Source: Spirochaetia bacterium
GTDB lineage: Bacteria > Spirochaetota > Spirochaetia > SZUA-6 > Bin103
Length of the DNA stretch: 64,000 nucleotides
NCBI GenBank assembly: GCA_965203905.1
Contig: CBDBDQ010000005.1
Coordinates: forward strand, 672,001 to 736,000
Direction of reading: 5' to 3'
Every line of letters starts with the position of its first letter. The first letter of the stretch is position 1. Under the pieces are notes generated by a model. That model ran no database searches, was not told the DNA's origin, and was given only the letters and a program-made list of their open reading frames with translations. Below, one piece after another: positions 10,064-19,547 of the stretch. The position numbers were made by a program, and so were the translations under genes.

Positions 10064-10830
10064 GCAGCGCCGTATCGGGAAGCCTCCGTCCCCTGGGGCT
10101 GCGCAAGTTCCTGGGAGACGTGGTCAGCATCTTCCAGATCAACGCCATCCCGGCGCTCCGGCATTGGTACGTCACCGTGCTCGCCGCGGCGCTGATCCCG
10201 GTTCCCTGGTTCTACGTCACCCGCACCATCGCCCCGGAAGATCCGCAGGTGCTGCGCCGGCTGATGGCGGGCACGCTGGTGTTCGGCGTCACCTTCTCCA
10301 TCGGCATGTTCGTGGGCCAGAACTGGGTAGGGCAGCGCTTCAACGGCAGTCTCAAGCTGCTGATCGCCATGCCGGTGTCGAAGGGCTCCTACATCCTGGG
10401 CTCGCTGCTCTACTCGGCTCTGTCCGGAGCCGTCATCATCCCCGCCCTGTTCGGCTTCGGGCTGCTGGCGGGCGTGCAGACCCACCTTACCTGGGGGCTC
10501 GCCCCCACCCTGGCGCTGGCGGTGCTGACGATGGCCGGTCTCACCCTGTTCGTGGTCAGCTTCGCGCCCTCGGCTCAGGTGGGGAATCTCATCACGGCGC
10601 TCCTGTCCCTGGTGCTGGCCGCCCTGTCGCCGGTCTACTTCACGATGGAGCAGTCGCCGCTGCTGCTCAAGCTGCTCGGCTACGTGTCGCCGCTGCGCTA
10701 CGCCGCCGACGGCATCACCAAGTCGCTGTCCGGGCAGACCGACGTCTGGTTCGAGCTGGCGGTGCTGGCGGGGTTCGCCCTGGTCACCATGGCCCTGGGC
10801 ACCTGGCGGCTCCCCTGGCGCGAGGATTGA
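10060..10830 (+). CDS. ABC-2 type exporter permease
   Basis: About six hydrophobic segments and 'SPLRYAADGI'. Translationally coupled to the ATPase (ATGA overlap). Confidence 0.88.
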   Translation: MSSAVSGSLRPLGLRKFLGDVVSIFQINAIPALRHWYVTVLAAALIPVPWFYVTRTIAPEDPQVLRRLMAGTLVFGVTFSIGMFVGQNWVGQRFNGSLKLLIAMPVSKGSYILGSLLYSALSGAVIIPALFGFGLLAGVQTHLTWGLAPTLALAVLTMAGLTLFVVSFAPSAQVGNLITALLSLVLAALSPVYFTMEQSPLLLKLLGYVSPLRYAADGITKSLSGQTDVWFELAVLAGFALVTMALGTWRLPWRED

Positions 10831-11729
10831 GCGCTCTGTCGGGCGACACGACGGGCGCCGTGACACCCGCCGAGCTGTGGTGCGAATACGCGGTCGACCC
10901 GCTCGGCATCGACGTACCGGAGCCGCGCTTCAGTTGGATCCTCGATTCGAGCCGGCGCGGCGAGCTGCAATCCGCTTACCGGATCCTGGTCGCCAGCAGT
11001 GAAGAAATCCTGCGCGGCGACGGCGGCGACAAGTGGGACAGCGGAGTGGTCACCTCCGACCAGTCGGTGAACGTCGCCTACGCCGGCGCGGCCCTCGCGA
11101 GTGGCGAGCGCTGCTTCTGGAAGGTGCGGGTCTGGGACGGCCGGGGCGCCGCGGCGGCGTGGAGCGCCGGAGCCAGCTTCGAGATGGGGCTGCTCGATCC
11201 CCGCGACTGGAACGGCATCTGGATCGGCGCCGACAGCGACCTCGCGGCGCCGCTGCTGCGCAAGGAATTCACCCTCCAGCGGCCGGTCGCCCGGGCGCGG
11301 CTCTACCTGTGCGGGCTGGGACTGTACGAGCTGTCGATCAACGGCGCGCGCGTCGGCGACCGGGTGCTCGATCCGGCGCTGACCGACTACCGCGTGCGCG
11401 TGCCCTACGTCACCCACGACGTGACCGGCGACGTGACCTGGGCGCGGGCGAGCATCCGGACCGTGCGCGGCACGGTTGCAGCGAGCTGGCGACTGACCGG
11501 CGACTCGCTCGCCGTGAAGGTGGAGATACCGGTCAACAGCCGCGCCACGCTCTGCATCCCCAAGCTGGGCTGGCACAACGTGACCGTAAGAGAGCAGGGA
11601 CAGGTGTTGTTCCGCAACGGTGACCTCAGCGGCACCGTCGCCGGAGTGCAGGGCGGGAGCGAGAACACCGCCCAGGTCGAGCTGCGCATCGGCTCGGGTG
11701 CCTACACCTTCACCCTCACTCCCGACTGA
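10827..11729 (+). pseudogene. GH78 alpha-L-rhamnosidase-like gene with the catalytic core deleted
   Basis: The N-terminal part 'CEYAVDPLGIDVPEPRFSW...WDSG...PLLRKEF...ARLYLCGLGLYELSING..VGDRVLDP..TDY..RVPYVTHDVT' joins directly to the C-terminal domain 'GDVTWARASIRTVRG..SW...IPVNSRATL...IGSGAYTF'. Confidence 0.85.
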
Positions 11730-11776
11730 CACCCGGGTTCCCTTGTGGTCGGTTGGGCAGGTTGCGGTTATCCTGA

Positions 11777-12130
11777 TTGTGGAGCGCGACGTGTTACCCA
11801 CCCACACGGCAGGCGCTGACACGAGTCGGCGCGGCGATACGAGCACGGATCGAGAGGAGCGGGGACGATGTTCGGCTGGAGGGCATCTACGCCTTCGGGT
11901 CGCGCGTGCGCGGTGATCACAGGGGTGACTCGGACCTCGACCTGCTCGTGGTAGTAGGCGAGCGCACCCCGGAGGTGGAGCGCGTCGTCATTGACACCTG
12001 CGTGGAGGAAGAACTGCGCAGCGGCATTCCGTTCGATCCGGTGATCAAGGACTCCACCAGCTTCGCGCTGGAGCACCGCTACCACTCGCCCTTCTACGAG
12101 AACGTGTCGCGGGAAGGCATCGCCGTATGA
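11777..12130 (+). CDS. Minimal nucleotidyltransferase (MNT) antitoxin
   Basis: 'IYAFGSRVRGDHRGDSDLDLLVV' (GS..DxD) and C-terminal 'SPFYENVSREGIAV'. The start codon is uncertain. Confidence 0.85.
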   Translation: MWSATCYPPTRQALTRVGAAIRARIERSGDDVRLEGIYAFGSRVRGDHRGDSDLDLLVVVGERTPEVERVVIDTCVEEELRSGIPFDPVIKDSTSFALEHRYHSPFYENVSREGIAV

Positions 12131-12209
12131 CGAGGAATGCGTGCAACGGGCGGACCGGCTGCTGAACCAGATCGATTCACTCCGCAGGCGGCTCGCCGCA
12201 GAACGGTAA
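12127..12209 (+). pseudogene. HEPN toxin relic (start codon plus final helix only)
   Basis: ATG overlaps the MNT stop (ATGA). An out-of-frame 'DEECVQRADRLLNQIDSLRRRLAAER*' follows, resembling the C-terminal helix of MNT-partner HEPN proteins. Confidence 0.5.
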
Positions 12210-12344
12210 CTGTCCGGCGGAACGGCGCCAGCAAATGCGGACGAACATCTCGGGCATCGGCGAGTGTGACCGGCTTGCACCCACCACTTGCGCAACCGGC
12301 GGGCGGGTGTGGGCCGGTGGCGACAGCGGGCATCGGCATCGGGG

Positions 12345-12371
12345 TGTCGATTTCGGCGCACGCCGCTCGTC
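12345..12371 (+). promoter_or_regulatory. ECF42-type promoter (TGTCGA-N17-CGTC)
   Basis: TGTCGA at 12345-12350 and CGTC at 12368-12371 lie upstream of the YciI/ECF42 operon and match the known ECF42 target consensus. Confidence 0.7.
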
Positions 12372-12425
12372 GTAATCATGAGGCCCATGGAACGGGCCCC
12401 GAACTCAATCCTTTGGAGGTATACC

Positions 12426-12806
12426 ATGAGGTACCTGTGTCTGCTGTACGACAATGAGGCGGGGATGGCCGACGTTACCCGGGAACAGATGGCGGAGGCG
12501 ATGAAGGTGTGGGGGGCTTTCGACGAGGAGCTCACCAAGGCCGGCGTCAAGCTCGGTGGCGAGGCTCTGCGTCCGACCAGCAGCGCAACGTCCGTCTCCC
12601 GCCGGGGAGAGGAACTCGTCACCACCGACGGACCGAACGCCGAGACCAAGGAGCAGCTTGGCGGCTATTACCTGATCGAGGCGAAGGACCTGGACGAGGC
12701 GATCGAGTGGGCGGCGAAGATCCCGACTACCAGGGAAGGCGGCACCGTGGAGATCAGGCCGATCTACGAGATGGCCGACATGATGAAGGACGCCGGTATG
12801 GGGTAG
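12426..12806 (+). CDS. YciI/DGPF family protein
   Basis: Motifs 'MRYLCLLY', '[34 protein letters not shown]' and 'VEIRP'. GGAGGT RBS. Confidence 0.93.
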   Translation: MRYLCLLYDNEAGMADVTREQMAEAMKVWGAFDEELTKAGVKLGGEALRPTSSATSVSRRGEELVTTDGPNAETKEQLGGYYLIEAKDLDEAIEWAAKIPTTREGGTVEIRPIYEMADMMKDAGMG

Positions 12807-12843
12807 TGCGCCGGCGCGGCGGAGGCGGAGGATCGGCGGTAGG

Positions 12844-14127
12844 ATGATTTCGGCCGCCGCCGCGGCCGCTGCCGCGGAACGCACCTTTCGCGCGGAGTCC
12901 GGGCGCATCGTTGCTGCGCTGATCCGCGTGTTCGGCGACTTCGACCTGGCCGAAGACGCGATGCAGGACGCTCTCGCCGTTGCCATGGACCGCTGGCAGC
13001 GCGACGGCATGCCGGCCAATCCGGCAGCGTGGATCACCACCACGGCCAGGCGCAAGGCGATCGACCGCCTGCGGCGGGACCGGCTCGGTATCGCGAAGCT
13101 CCAGGAGCTTGGCCGCCAGGCCGCCCTGACCGCCGCGGACGACGAGATGCCCGACGGGCACGACCACGGCGCGCTGACCGACGACCGGCTGCGCCTGATC
13201 TTCACCTGCTGCCATCCCGCGCTCAAGCTGGAGGCACGGGTGGCGCTGACCCTGCGCACACTCGGAGGCCTCACGACGCGGGAGATCGCGCACGCGTTCC
13301 TGGTGCCGGAGCCGACCATGGCGCAACGGCTGGTGCGCGCCAAGCGCAAGATACGCGCCGCCAACATCCCGTACCGGGTGCCGCCGGCCCATCTCCTGCC
13401 GGCGCGCCTGGAGGCGGTGCTCGTCGTGATCTATCTCGTGTTCAACGAGGGCTACGCGGCGACTGAGGGCGGCGCGCTGCTGCGGACCGATCTGACTACC
13501 GAAGCGATCCGCCTGGGCCGAGTGCTGCACGAGTTGATGCCGGAGGAGCCGGAAGCGACGGGATTGCTGGCGCTCATGCTGCTGCAGGACTCGCGGCGCG
13601 CGGCGCGGACCGATGCGCACGGCGACCTGGTCGTGCTGGAGCGGCAGGACCGGTCGCAGTGGGACCGCGGCCGGATTCGGGAAGGGTCGGAGCTGGTGGA
13701 GGCCGCTTTGCGCCGCCGGCGCCCGGGACCGTACCAGGTGCAGGCGGCCATCGCCGCACTCCACGCGCAGGCCCGGCGCCCGCAAGAAACGGACTGGAAG
13801 CAGATCGCCGGGCTGTACGCCACCCTGATGCGGTTGGCGCCGACACCGGTCGTCGCCCTCAACCGGGCGGTGGCGGTGGCGATGTCCGGGCGGCTGGAGA
13901 CCGGGCTGGAGCTGATCGAGGCGCTGCGCGCCGACGGGCGGCTGGACCGCTACCATCTCCTGCACGCCGCGCGCGCCGACCTGCTGCGACGGCTCGTCCG
14001 TTACGACGAGGCGGCCGCCGCGTACCGCGCCGCGCTGGCACTGGCCGCCAACACGTCCGAGCGCCGCTACCTGACCCGGCGCCTGGCCGAGGTGTCAGGA
14101 GGACGGGCGGCGCCGTCGCCGACGTAG
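12844..14127 (+). CDS. ECF42-group sigma factor with C-terminal TPR/DUF6596 extension
   Basis: Motifs '[13 protein letters not shown]', '[15 protein letters not shown]', '[10 protein letters not shown]', '[13 protein letters not shown]' and '[10 protein letters not shown]'. Paired with a DGPF gene. Confidence 0.93.
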   Translation: MISAAAAAAAAERTFRAESGRIVAALIRVFGDFDLAEDAMQDALAVAMDRWQRDGMPANPAAWITTTARRKAIDRLRRDRLGIAKLQELGRQAALTAADDEMPDGHDHGALTDDRLRLIFTCCHPALKLEARVALTLRTLGGLTTREIAHAFLVPEPTMAQRLVRAKRKIRAANIPYRVPPAHLLPARLEAVLVVIYLVFNEGYAATEGGALLRTDLTTEAIRLGRVLHELMPEEPEATGLLALMLLQDSRRAARTDAHGDLVVLERQDRSQWDRGRIREGSELVEAALRRRRPGPYQVQAAIAALHAQARRPQETDWKQIAGLYATLMRLAPTPVVALNRAVAVAMSGRLETGLELIEALRADGRLDRYHLLHAARADLLRRLVRYDEAAAAYRAALALAANTSERRYLTRRLAEVSGGRAAPSPT

Positions 14128-14240
14128 CGACCCGCCTGAGCCCCTCCACCGATCGACGGCGTGCACCGCCTGGGCGCATCGGCACCTGCCGGGCCACACG
14201 CACGCGCGGCACACGATGGCACTGAGGCTGATCGCCCCGC

Positions 14241-14268
14241 CTCCTTGCACCGCCGGCGGTGCAAGGAG
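14241..14268. repeat. Perfect 28-bp palindrome between convergent genes
   Basis: CTCCTTGCACCGCC|GGCGGTGCAAGGAG with no spacer. Confidence 0.85.
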
Positions 14269-14460
14269 TTGCATCAGCAGGCTCTCGGGCGAGTCAAGCG
14301 CGACTATGAGCGCCGCCGGGAGGGTTTCCGAAGGCGTGGCGGCCTCATGTGGCAACCCCGCACCCTATCCCGGGCTCGTCCGCGCTTCAGGTCCTGGCGG
14401 CGCTGGTGAGCAACCGCCAAGTGCCGGTACGAGAGAATGACGCGACGGTGAGCGGCCCGC

Positions 14461-15939
14461 TCAGAACTTGCGCGACCAGTCCGCGGGCCAGCGTTCCACC
14501 ACCACCTTGGTCTGGGTGAAGAACTCGACCGCGTGCTTGCCCTGGCCGTGCAGCACGCCGAAAAAGCTGCGGCGCCAGCCGGAGAACGGGAAATAGGCCA
14601 TCGGCGCGGCGACGCCGATGTTGATGCCGATGTTGCCCACGTCCGCAGCGTAGCGGAACTGGCGCGCGGCGCGGCCATCGGTGGTGAACAGGCAGGCCAT
14701 GTTGCCATAGCGGCCCGAGTTCACCAGCGCGATGGCATCCTCCACGGTGTCCACCTGCATCAGCCCGAATACGGGCCCGAAGATCTCGGTGGTGGCCACG
14801 GTGCTGTCGGGAGGGACGTCCGCGAGCAGCGTGGGGCGCACGAACGAGCCTCCCTCCAGGCCGGGAATGGAGGTGCCGCGGCCGTCCACCACGACCCGCG
14901 CCCCCTCCTGCTCGCCGACGCCGATCAGGCGCTCGATGCGCTGCTTGCTGGCCTGGGTGATCACCGGGCCCATCTCCACCGACTCGTCCAGGCCGTCGCC
15001 GACCACCCGGCTGGTGGCGGCCGCGGCCAGCGCCTCGGTGAAGGTGTCGCCCGCTGCGCCCACGGTAATCGCCAGGGATGCCGCCAGGCAGCGCTGGCCG
15101 GCGTTGCCGTAACCGGAGTCGACCGTGATCTGGGTGGTCATGTCGATCTCGGCGTCGGGCAGCACCACGAGCGGGTTCTTGGCGCCGCCCTGCGCCTGCA
15201 CCCGCTTGCCGGAAGCCGAGGCGCGGGCATAGACGTGCTCGGCGACCGCGGTGGAGCCGACGAAGCTCACCGCGTGCACGCCGGGATGATCGAGCAGGGC
15301 GTTGACCGTGTCGGCGCCGCCGTTCACGACGTTGAACACCCCCGGCGGCAGGCCGGTCTCCTCGATCAGCCGGGTCACCAGTTGCAGGGTGATGGGCGTG
15401 CGGTCGGCGGGCTTGACGATCACCACGTTGCCGCACGCCAGGGCGTAGGGGAAGAACCAGAACGGGATCATCGCCGGAAAGTTGAACGGGCAGATGATGG
15501 CGCACACCCCCACCGGCTGGCGGATCATCAGCTCGTCGATGCCGCGCGAGACATCCTCCAGCACGTCGCCCTGCATCATGGTGGGGATGCCGCACGCCAC
15601 CTCCACGTTCTCGATGGCACGCGTCAACTCTCCGAGCGATTCTGAAAGAATCTTGCCGTTCTCGATGGTGATGGCCCGGCCCAGCTCCTGGGTCTCGCGC
15701 TCCAGCAGCGCCTTGAGCTTGAACAGGTACTGGATGCGGTCGCCCGGCGGCGTGCTGCGCCACTCCGGGTAGGCGGCGGCGGCCGCGGCGACGGCGCGGT
15801 CCACGTCGGCGGCGGTGGACTGCGGCACCGCCCCGAGGGTCTCGCCGGTAGCCGGATTGAGCACCGGCCGGGTGGCGGCGGCGCCATCGGACGCCCAGGC
15901 GCCGCCTACGTAATTTCGAATCTCATACGGTCCTGCCAT
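14461..15939 (-). CDS. mmsA: CoA-acylating methylmalonate/malonate-semialdehyde dehydrogenase (MmsA/IolA)
   Basis: Motifs '[11 protein letters not shown]', 'SFVGST', '[11 protein letters not shown]', 'GNAGQRCLA', 'EIFGPV' and '[18 protein letters not shown]'. Confidence 0.92.
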   Translation of the reverse strand: MAGPYEIRNYVGGAWASDGAAATRPVLNPATGETLGAVPQSTAADVDRAVAAAAAAYPEWRSTPPGDRIQYLFKLKALLERETQELGRAITIENGKILSESLGELTRAIENVEVACGIPTMMQGDVLEDVSRGIDELMIRQPVGVCAIICPFNFPAMIPFWFFPYALACGNVVIVKPADRTPITLQLVTRLIEETGLPPGVFNVVNGGADTVNALLDHPGVHAVSFVGSTAVAEHVYARASASGKRVQAQGGAKNPLVVLPDAEIDMTTQITVDSGYGNAGQRCLAASLAITVGAAGDTFTEALAAAATSRVVGDGLDESVEMGPVITQASKQRIERLIGVGEQEGARVVVDGRGTSIPGLEGGSFVRPTLLADVPPDSTVATTEIFGPVFGLMQVDTVEDAIALVNSGRYGNMACLFTTDGRAARQFRYAADVGNIGINIGVAAPMAYFPFSGWRRSFFGVLHGQGKHAVEFFTQTKVVVERWPADWSRKF

Positions 15940-15972
15940 GGTGCGGCGAATATACCACACCATGGCAGGACC
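15929..15972. promoter_or_regulatory. 15-bp perfect inverted repeat over the mmsA start codon and -10 box
   Basis: GGTCCTGCCATGGTG-N14-CACCATGGCAGGACC. The minus-strand spacer contains TGGTATATT. Confidence 0.6.
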
Positions 15973-16053
15973 ATGGCGCCCCGTGCCGGCGCGCCATGCG
16001 GGCCGGAGGATCGGACGATCCCCCGGCCGTTCGGGTCAGCTTCCGTACCCCGC

Positions 16054-17676
16054 TCAGCGCAGGTCGGCCGGCAGCACCGGATAACGGCGCTCGCCCATCT
16101 CGAACTGCTGGCCGCCGTTGTAGTAGGACAGCACCTTGTCGACGTCGCCCAGCTTCTTGATCTCGGCGATGAAGTCGTCCCATTCGGACAGGTCACGGTC
16201 GCCGGTGATGAACTTGATGCGTTCTTCCTCGACGAAGGTGTTGACCGGGGTCATGATCTTGCTGATCTCGTCGTTCTGCTCGCCGCTCATCAGCGGCCGC
16301 GACCAGTTCACCAGCGGGATCATGTCGCCGGCCTGCAGCCGCTTGATGTCCGCCGCCATCGCCGCGCGCCCCACGTCATCCTTCTTGGTCTTGGAAAACC
16401 AGGTATTCGCAGTGTCGCTGAAGTGGATGTAGCGCGGGTCGTGGAGGTTGCCGACTCCCAGCGCCCGCAGTCCGGCGGAGTCGTTGGCGAACTCCGGCAG
16501 GACTTCGTAGGCGCCTTCGTCGTTGAACCGGAACGTCAGCCCCTCGATGCCCCACTCGTACAGCTCGGCACTCTTCTCCGACATGACATTGTCGACGTAC
16601 GCCGCCAGCAACTCGGGGTTCTTCACCTTGGAGTTGGCCATGTAGCCCCAGTAGGGGATGGTGTCGTGCGCCACCGTGATCCAGTAGTAGGTGTCACCCT
16701 CGAAGCTCGGCGGCTTCATCCCCTGGAATCCCTCGGGGGGCCGCTTGCCGGCTTCATAGTCCCAGATGCCGGTGGTCTGGCCGTAGTAGATGTAGGTAAA
16801 GGCGTAGTTGCCCTCTTCCTGCAGCTCACGCACGCGATCGGAGGTAATCGATTCGCCGATCGTGTCCAGGTTGAACGCGCCGGCCGCATACGCCTCGTGC
16901 ACGAATTCGATCAGTTTCCGGTAGTTCGGTTGAAACGGCCCATATACCCACGTCTCCGTGCTCTGATCGTACTCGACGCCCCGAATCTTCACGTTCATCG
17001 GACGGGCAAAGGCGTGCAGGAAGTAGCCCAGCCCCCACTGGGTGAGGAACGCGTCGACGTCCGGCAGCTCGGCCTTGATCTGCTTCATCTGCTCCAGCCA
17101 CTCGGCCATCGTCTCCGGCGGGCCGTCGATCCCGGCCTGCGCCAGGATGTTGGCGTTGTAGAAGTAGCCCTCGCCGATGTACTCGCCGGTGAGGATGTCA
17201 TTGATGGCGAAGCGCTCACCCTTTTCGGTCAGCACGTTGTTGACGTGCGGGAACTCGGCGGCCCAGCGCTGCATGTTGGGCATGTACTCCTTGTACTTGT
17301 CCCAATCCAGGAAGATCCCCACCGGGCCATAGGTGGCGGCCTTCGGCACCGACTCCCGCGCCCACACGATGTCGGGCATGTCGCCCGATTGCAGGTACAG
17401 GTTGAGCTTGGTGTCGTAGTCGTTCCACGGCACCGAGCTCCATTCGATCCTCGCGTTGCCGGTGGTCTCGCGATACGCCTGCACCACCGGTGCCTCCGGA
17501 TCCTCGTCGATCCCGAGATCGGCCACGAAGCCGTCCCAGACGACCTCTTCCCCGGTCCATGGCAACATGGCGCCCGGCGCCGTGCCGGCACCCGTGCCCT
17601 CGCCCTCGCCGGTGGCAAACAGCGGTCCGGCCGACAGCAGCAGCGCCGCCATCAGCCCTAAAGTAAGTTTGGACAT
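16054..17676 (-). CDS. Carbohydrate ABC transporter solute-binding protein (family 1, LplA-like), copy A
   Basis: Signal peptide 'MSKLTLGLMAALLLSAGPLFATGEGE', 'SGDMPDI', 'WGIEG' and 'KFITGDRDLSEWDDF'. AGGAGG RBS. Confidence 0.92.
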   Translation of the reverse strand: MSKLTLGLMAALLLSAGPLFATGEGEGTGAGTAPGAMLPWTGEEVVWDGFVADLGIDEDPEAPVVQAYRETTGNARIEWSSVPWNDYDTKLNLYLQSGDMPDIVWARESVPKAATYGPVGIFLDWDKYKEYMPNMQRWAAEFPHVNNVLTEKGERFAINDILTGEYIGEGYFYNANILAQAGIDGPPETMAEWLEQMKQIKAELPDVDAFLTQWGLGYFLHAFARPMNVKIRGVEYDQSTETWVYGPFQPNYRKLIEFVHEAYAAGAFNLDTIGESITSDRVRELQEEGNYAFTYIYYGQTTGIWDYEAGKRPPEGFQGMKPPSFEGDTYYWITVAHDTIPYWGYMANSKVKNPELLAAYVDNVMSEKSAELYEWGIEGLTFRFNDEGAYEVLPEFANDSAGLRALGVGNLHDPRYIHFSDTANTWFSKTKKDDVGRAAMAADIKRLQAGDMIPLVNWSRPLMSGEQNDEISKIMTPVNTFVEEERIKFITGDRDLSEWDDFIAEIKKLGDVDKVLSYYNGGQQFEMGERRYPVLPADLR

Positions 17677-17848
17677 AGTGTCCTCCTTAACCAGATTCGA
17701 TTGAGACGCCAACGGCGTCGGAAATTTCACGGTGTAGTGGCCGATTCTACACCACGGCAGGACCTTGCGGGCAGAACCCAAAAAAGAGGCCGGACGATCA
17801 CAAGATTGGATCCCCCGGCCTCCGGGTCGGCCTCCGGTGCCCCGCGGC

Positions 17849-19480
17849 TCAGCGCAGGTCGGCCGGCAGCGTGGGATAGCGGCGCTCGCCCATCGGGAAC
17901 TGCTTGCCGCCGTTGTAGTAGGACAGCACCTTGTCGACGTCGCCCAGCTTGTTGATCTCGGCGACGAAGTCGTCCCACTCGGACATGTCGCGGTCGCCGG
18001 TGATGAACTTGATGCGCTCCTCCTCGACGAAGGTGTTGACCGGGGTCATGATCTTGCTGATCTCGTCGTTCTGCTCGCCGGTCATCAGCGGCCGCGGCCA
18101 GTTCACCAGCGGAATCATCTCGCCGGCCTGCAGCCGCTTGATGTCCGCCGCCGCCGCCGTGCGGCCCACGTCATCCTTCTTGGTGAAGTACTTGCCGAAC
18201 CAGATCAGGTCGTAGTCGTTGTATTGGATGTAGCGCGGGTCGTGGAAGTTGCCCACGCCCAGCTCGCGCAGTCCGGCGGAGTCGTCGGCGAACTCCGGCA
18301 GGTACTCGTAGCCGCCGTCATCGGTGCGCCGGAAGGTCAGCCCCTCGATGCCCCACTCGAACAGCTCGTAGGTCTTCACCGACATGTTGTTGTCGACGTA
18401 CGCCGCCAGCAACTCGGGGTTCTTTACCTTGGAGCTGGCCATGTAGCCCCAGTAGGGGATGGTGTCGTGCGCCACGGTGATCCAGTAGTAGGTGTTGCCC
18501 TCGAAGCTGGGCGGCTTCATCCCCTGGAATCCCTCGGGCGGCCGCTTGCCGGCAGCGTAGTCCCAGGTGTTCGCAGTCTCGAAGTAGTAGAAGTAGGTAA
18601 ACGCGTAGTTGCCCTCCTCCTGCAGCTCACGCACGCGGTCGGAGGTGATCGACTCGCCGATCGTATCCACGTTGAACGCGCCGGCGGCATACGCCTCGCG
18701 CATGAACTCGATCAGCTTCCGGTAGTTCGGGTCCTGGGTCGGACCGTAGACCCACTTGCCGAGTTCCTGGTCGTACTCGATACCCCTGACCTTGGCGTTC
18801 ATCGGCCGCCCGAACGCCTGCAGGAAGTAGCCCAGTCCCCAATAGGTGAGGAACGCGTCGACGTCCGGCAGCTCGGCCTTGATCTGCTTCATCTGCTCCA
18901 GCCACTCGGCCATCGTCTCCGGCGGGCCGTCGATCCCGGCCTGCGCCAGGATGTTGGCATTGTAGAAGTAGCCCTCGCCGATGTACTCGGCGGTGGTGAT
19001 GCCGTTGATGGCGAAGCGCTCGCCCTTGTCGGTCAGCACGTTGTTGACGTGCGGGAACTCGGCGGCCCAGCGCTGCATGTTGGGCATGTACTCCTTGTAC
19101 TGGTCCCAATCCAGGAAGATCCCCACCGGACCGTAGGTGGCGGCCTTGGGCACCGACTCGCGCGCCCACACGATGTCGGGCATGTCGCCCGATTGCAGGT
19201 ACAGGTTGAGCTTGGTGTCGTAGTCGTTCCACGGCACCGTGTCCCATTCTATCCTCACGTTGCCGGTCGTCTCGCGGTACGCCTGCACTACCGGGGCCTC
19301 CGGATCCTCCTGGATCCCGAGATCCGCCCCGAAGCCATTGTAGACGACTTCCGCGCCGGTCCACGGCAAGATGGCGCCCGGTGCCATGTCGGCGCCCGCG
19401 GCCTCATCCTCCCCGGTGGCAAACAGCGGACCGGCCGCCAGCAACAGTGCGGCCATCAGCACTAATGTAAGTTTGGACAT
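17849..19480 (-). CDS. Carbohydrate ABC transporter solute-binding protein, copy B (tandem paralog of copy A)
   Basis: Long blocks are identical to 16054-17676 at both protein and DNA level. Signal peptide and RBS are conserved. Confidence 0.92.
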   Translation of the reverse strand: MSKLTLVLMAALLLAAGPLFATGEDEAAGADMAPGAILPWTGAEVVYNGFGADLGIQEDPEAPVVQAYRETTGNVRIEWDTVPWNDYDTKLNLYLQSGDMPDIVWARESVPKAATYGPVGIFLDWDQYKEYMPNMQRWAAEFPHVNNVLTDKGERFAINGITTAEYIGEGYFYNANILAQAGIDGPPETMAEWLEQMKQIKAELPDVDAFLTYWGLGYFLQAFGRPMNAKVRGIEYDQELGKWVYGPTQDPNYRKLIEFMREAYAAGAFNVDTIGESITSDRVRELQEEGNYAFTYFYYFETANTWDYAAGKRPPEGFQGMKPPSFEGNTYYWITVAHDTIPYWGYMASSKVKNPELLAAYVDNNMSVKTYELFEWGIEGLTFRRTDDGGYEYLPEFADDSAGLRELGVGNFHDPRYIQYNDYDLIWFGKYFTKKDDVGRTAAAADIKRLQAGEMIPLVNWPRPLMTGEQNDEISKIMTPVNTFVEEERIKFITGDRDMSEWDDFVAEINKLGDVDKVLSYYNGGKQFPMGERRYPTLPADLR

Positions 19481-19547
19481 AGTGTCCTCCTCAACCAGGT
19501 TATTCGCGACGCCAACGGCGTCCGGTAATATGCAAACCGGGAGCCGA

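Noticed and set aside
10164-11729. 521-aa ORF
   Set aside because: The N-terminal half overlaps the ABC-2 permease out of frame. Only 10827 onward is rhamnosidase-like.
15973-19465. Long plus-strand ORFs (562 and 566 aa) and similar antisense ORFs throughout the window, e.g. 23520-25394, 47183-48901, 63279-63947
   Set aside because: They are antisense shadows of well-supported genes, expected in high-GC DNA, and have no family motifs.
16054-19480. Diversity-generating retroelement (TR/VR) explanation for the near-identical SBP copies
   Set aside because: There is no reverse transcriptase in the window, the differences are not adenine-restricted, and both copies are full genes.
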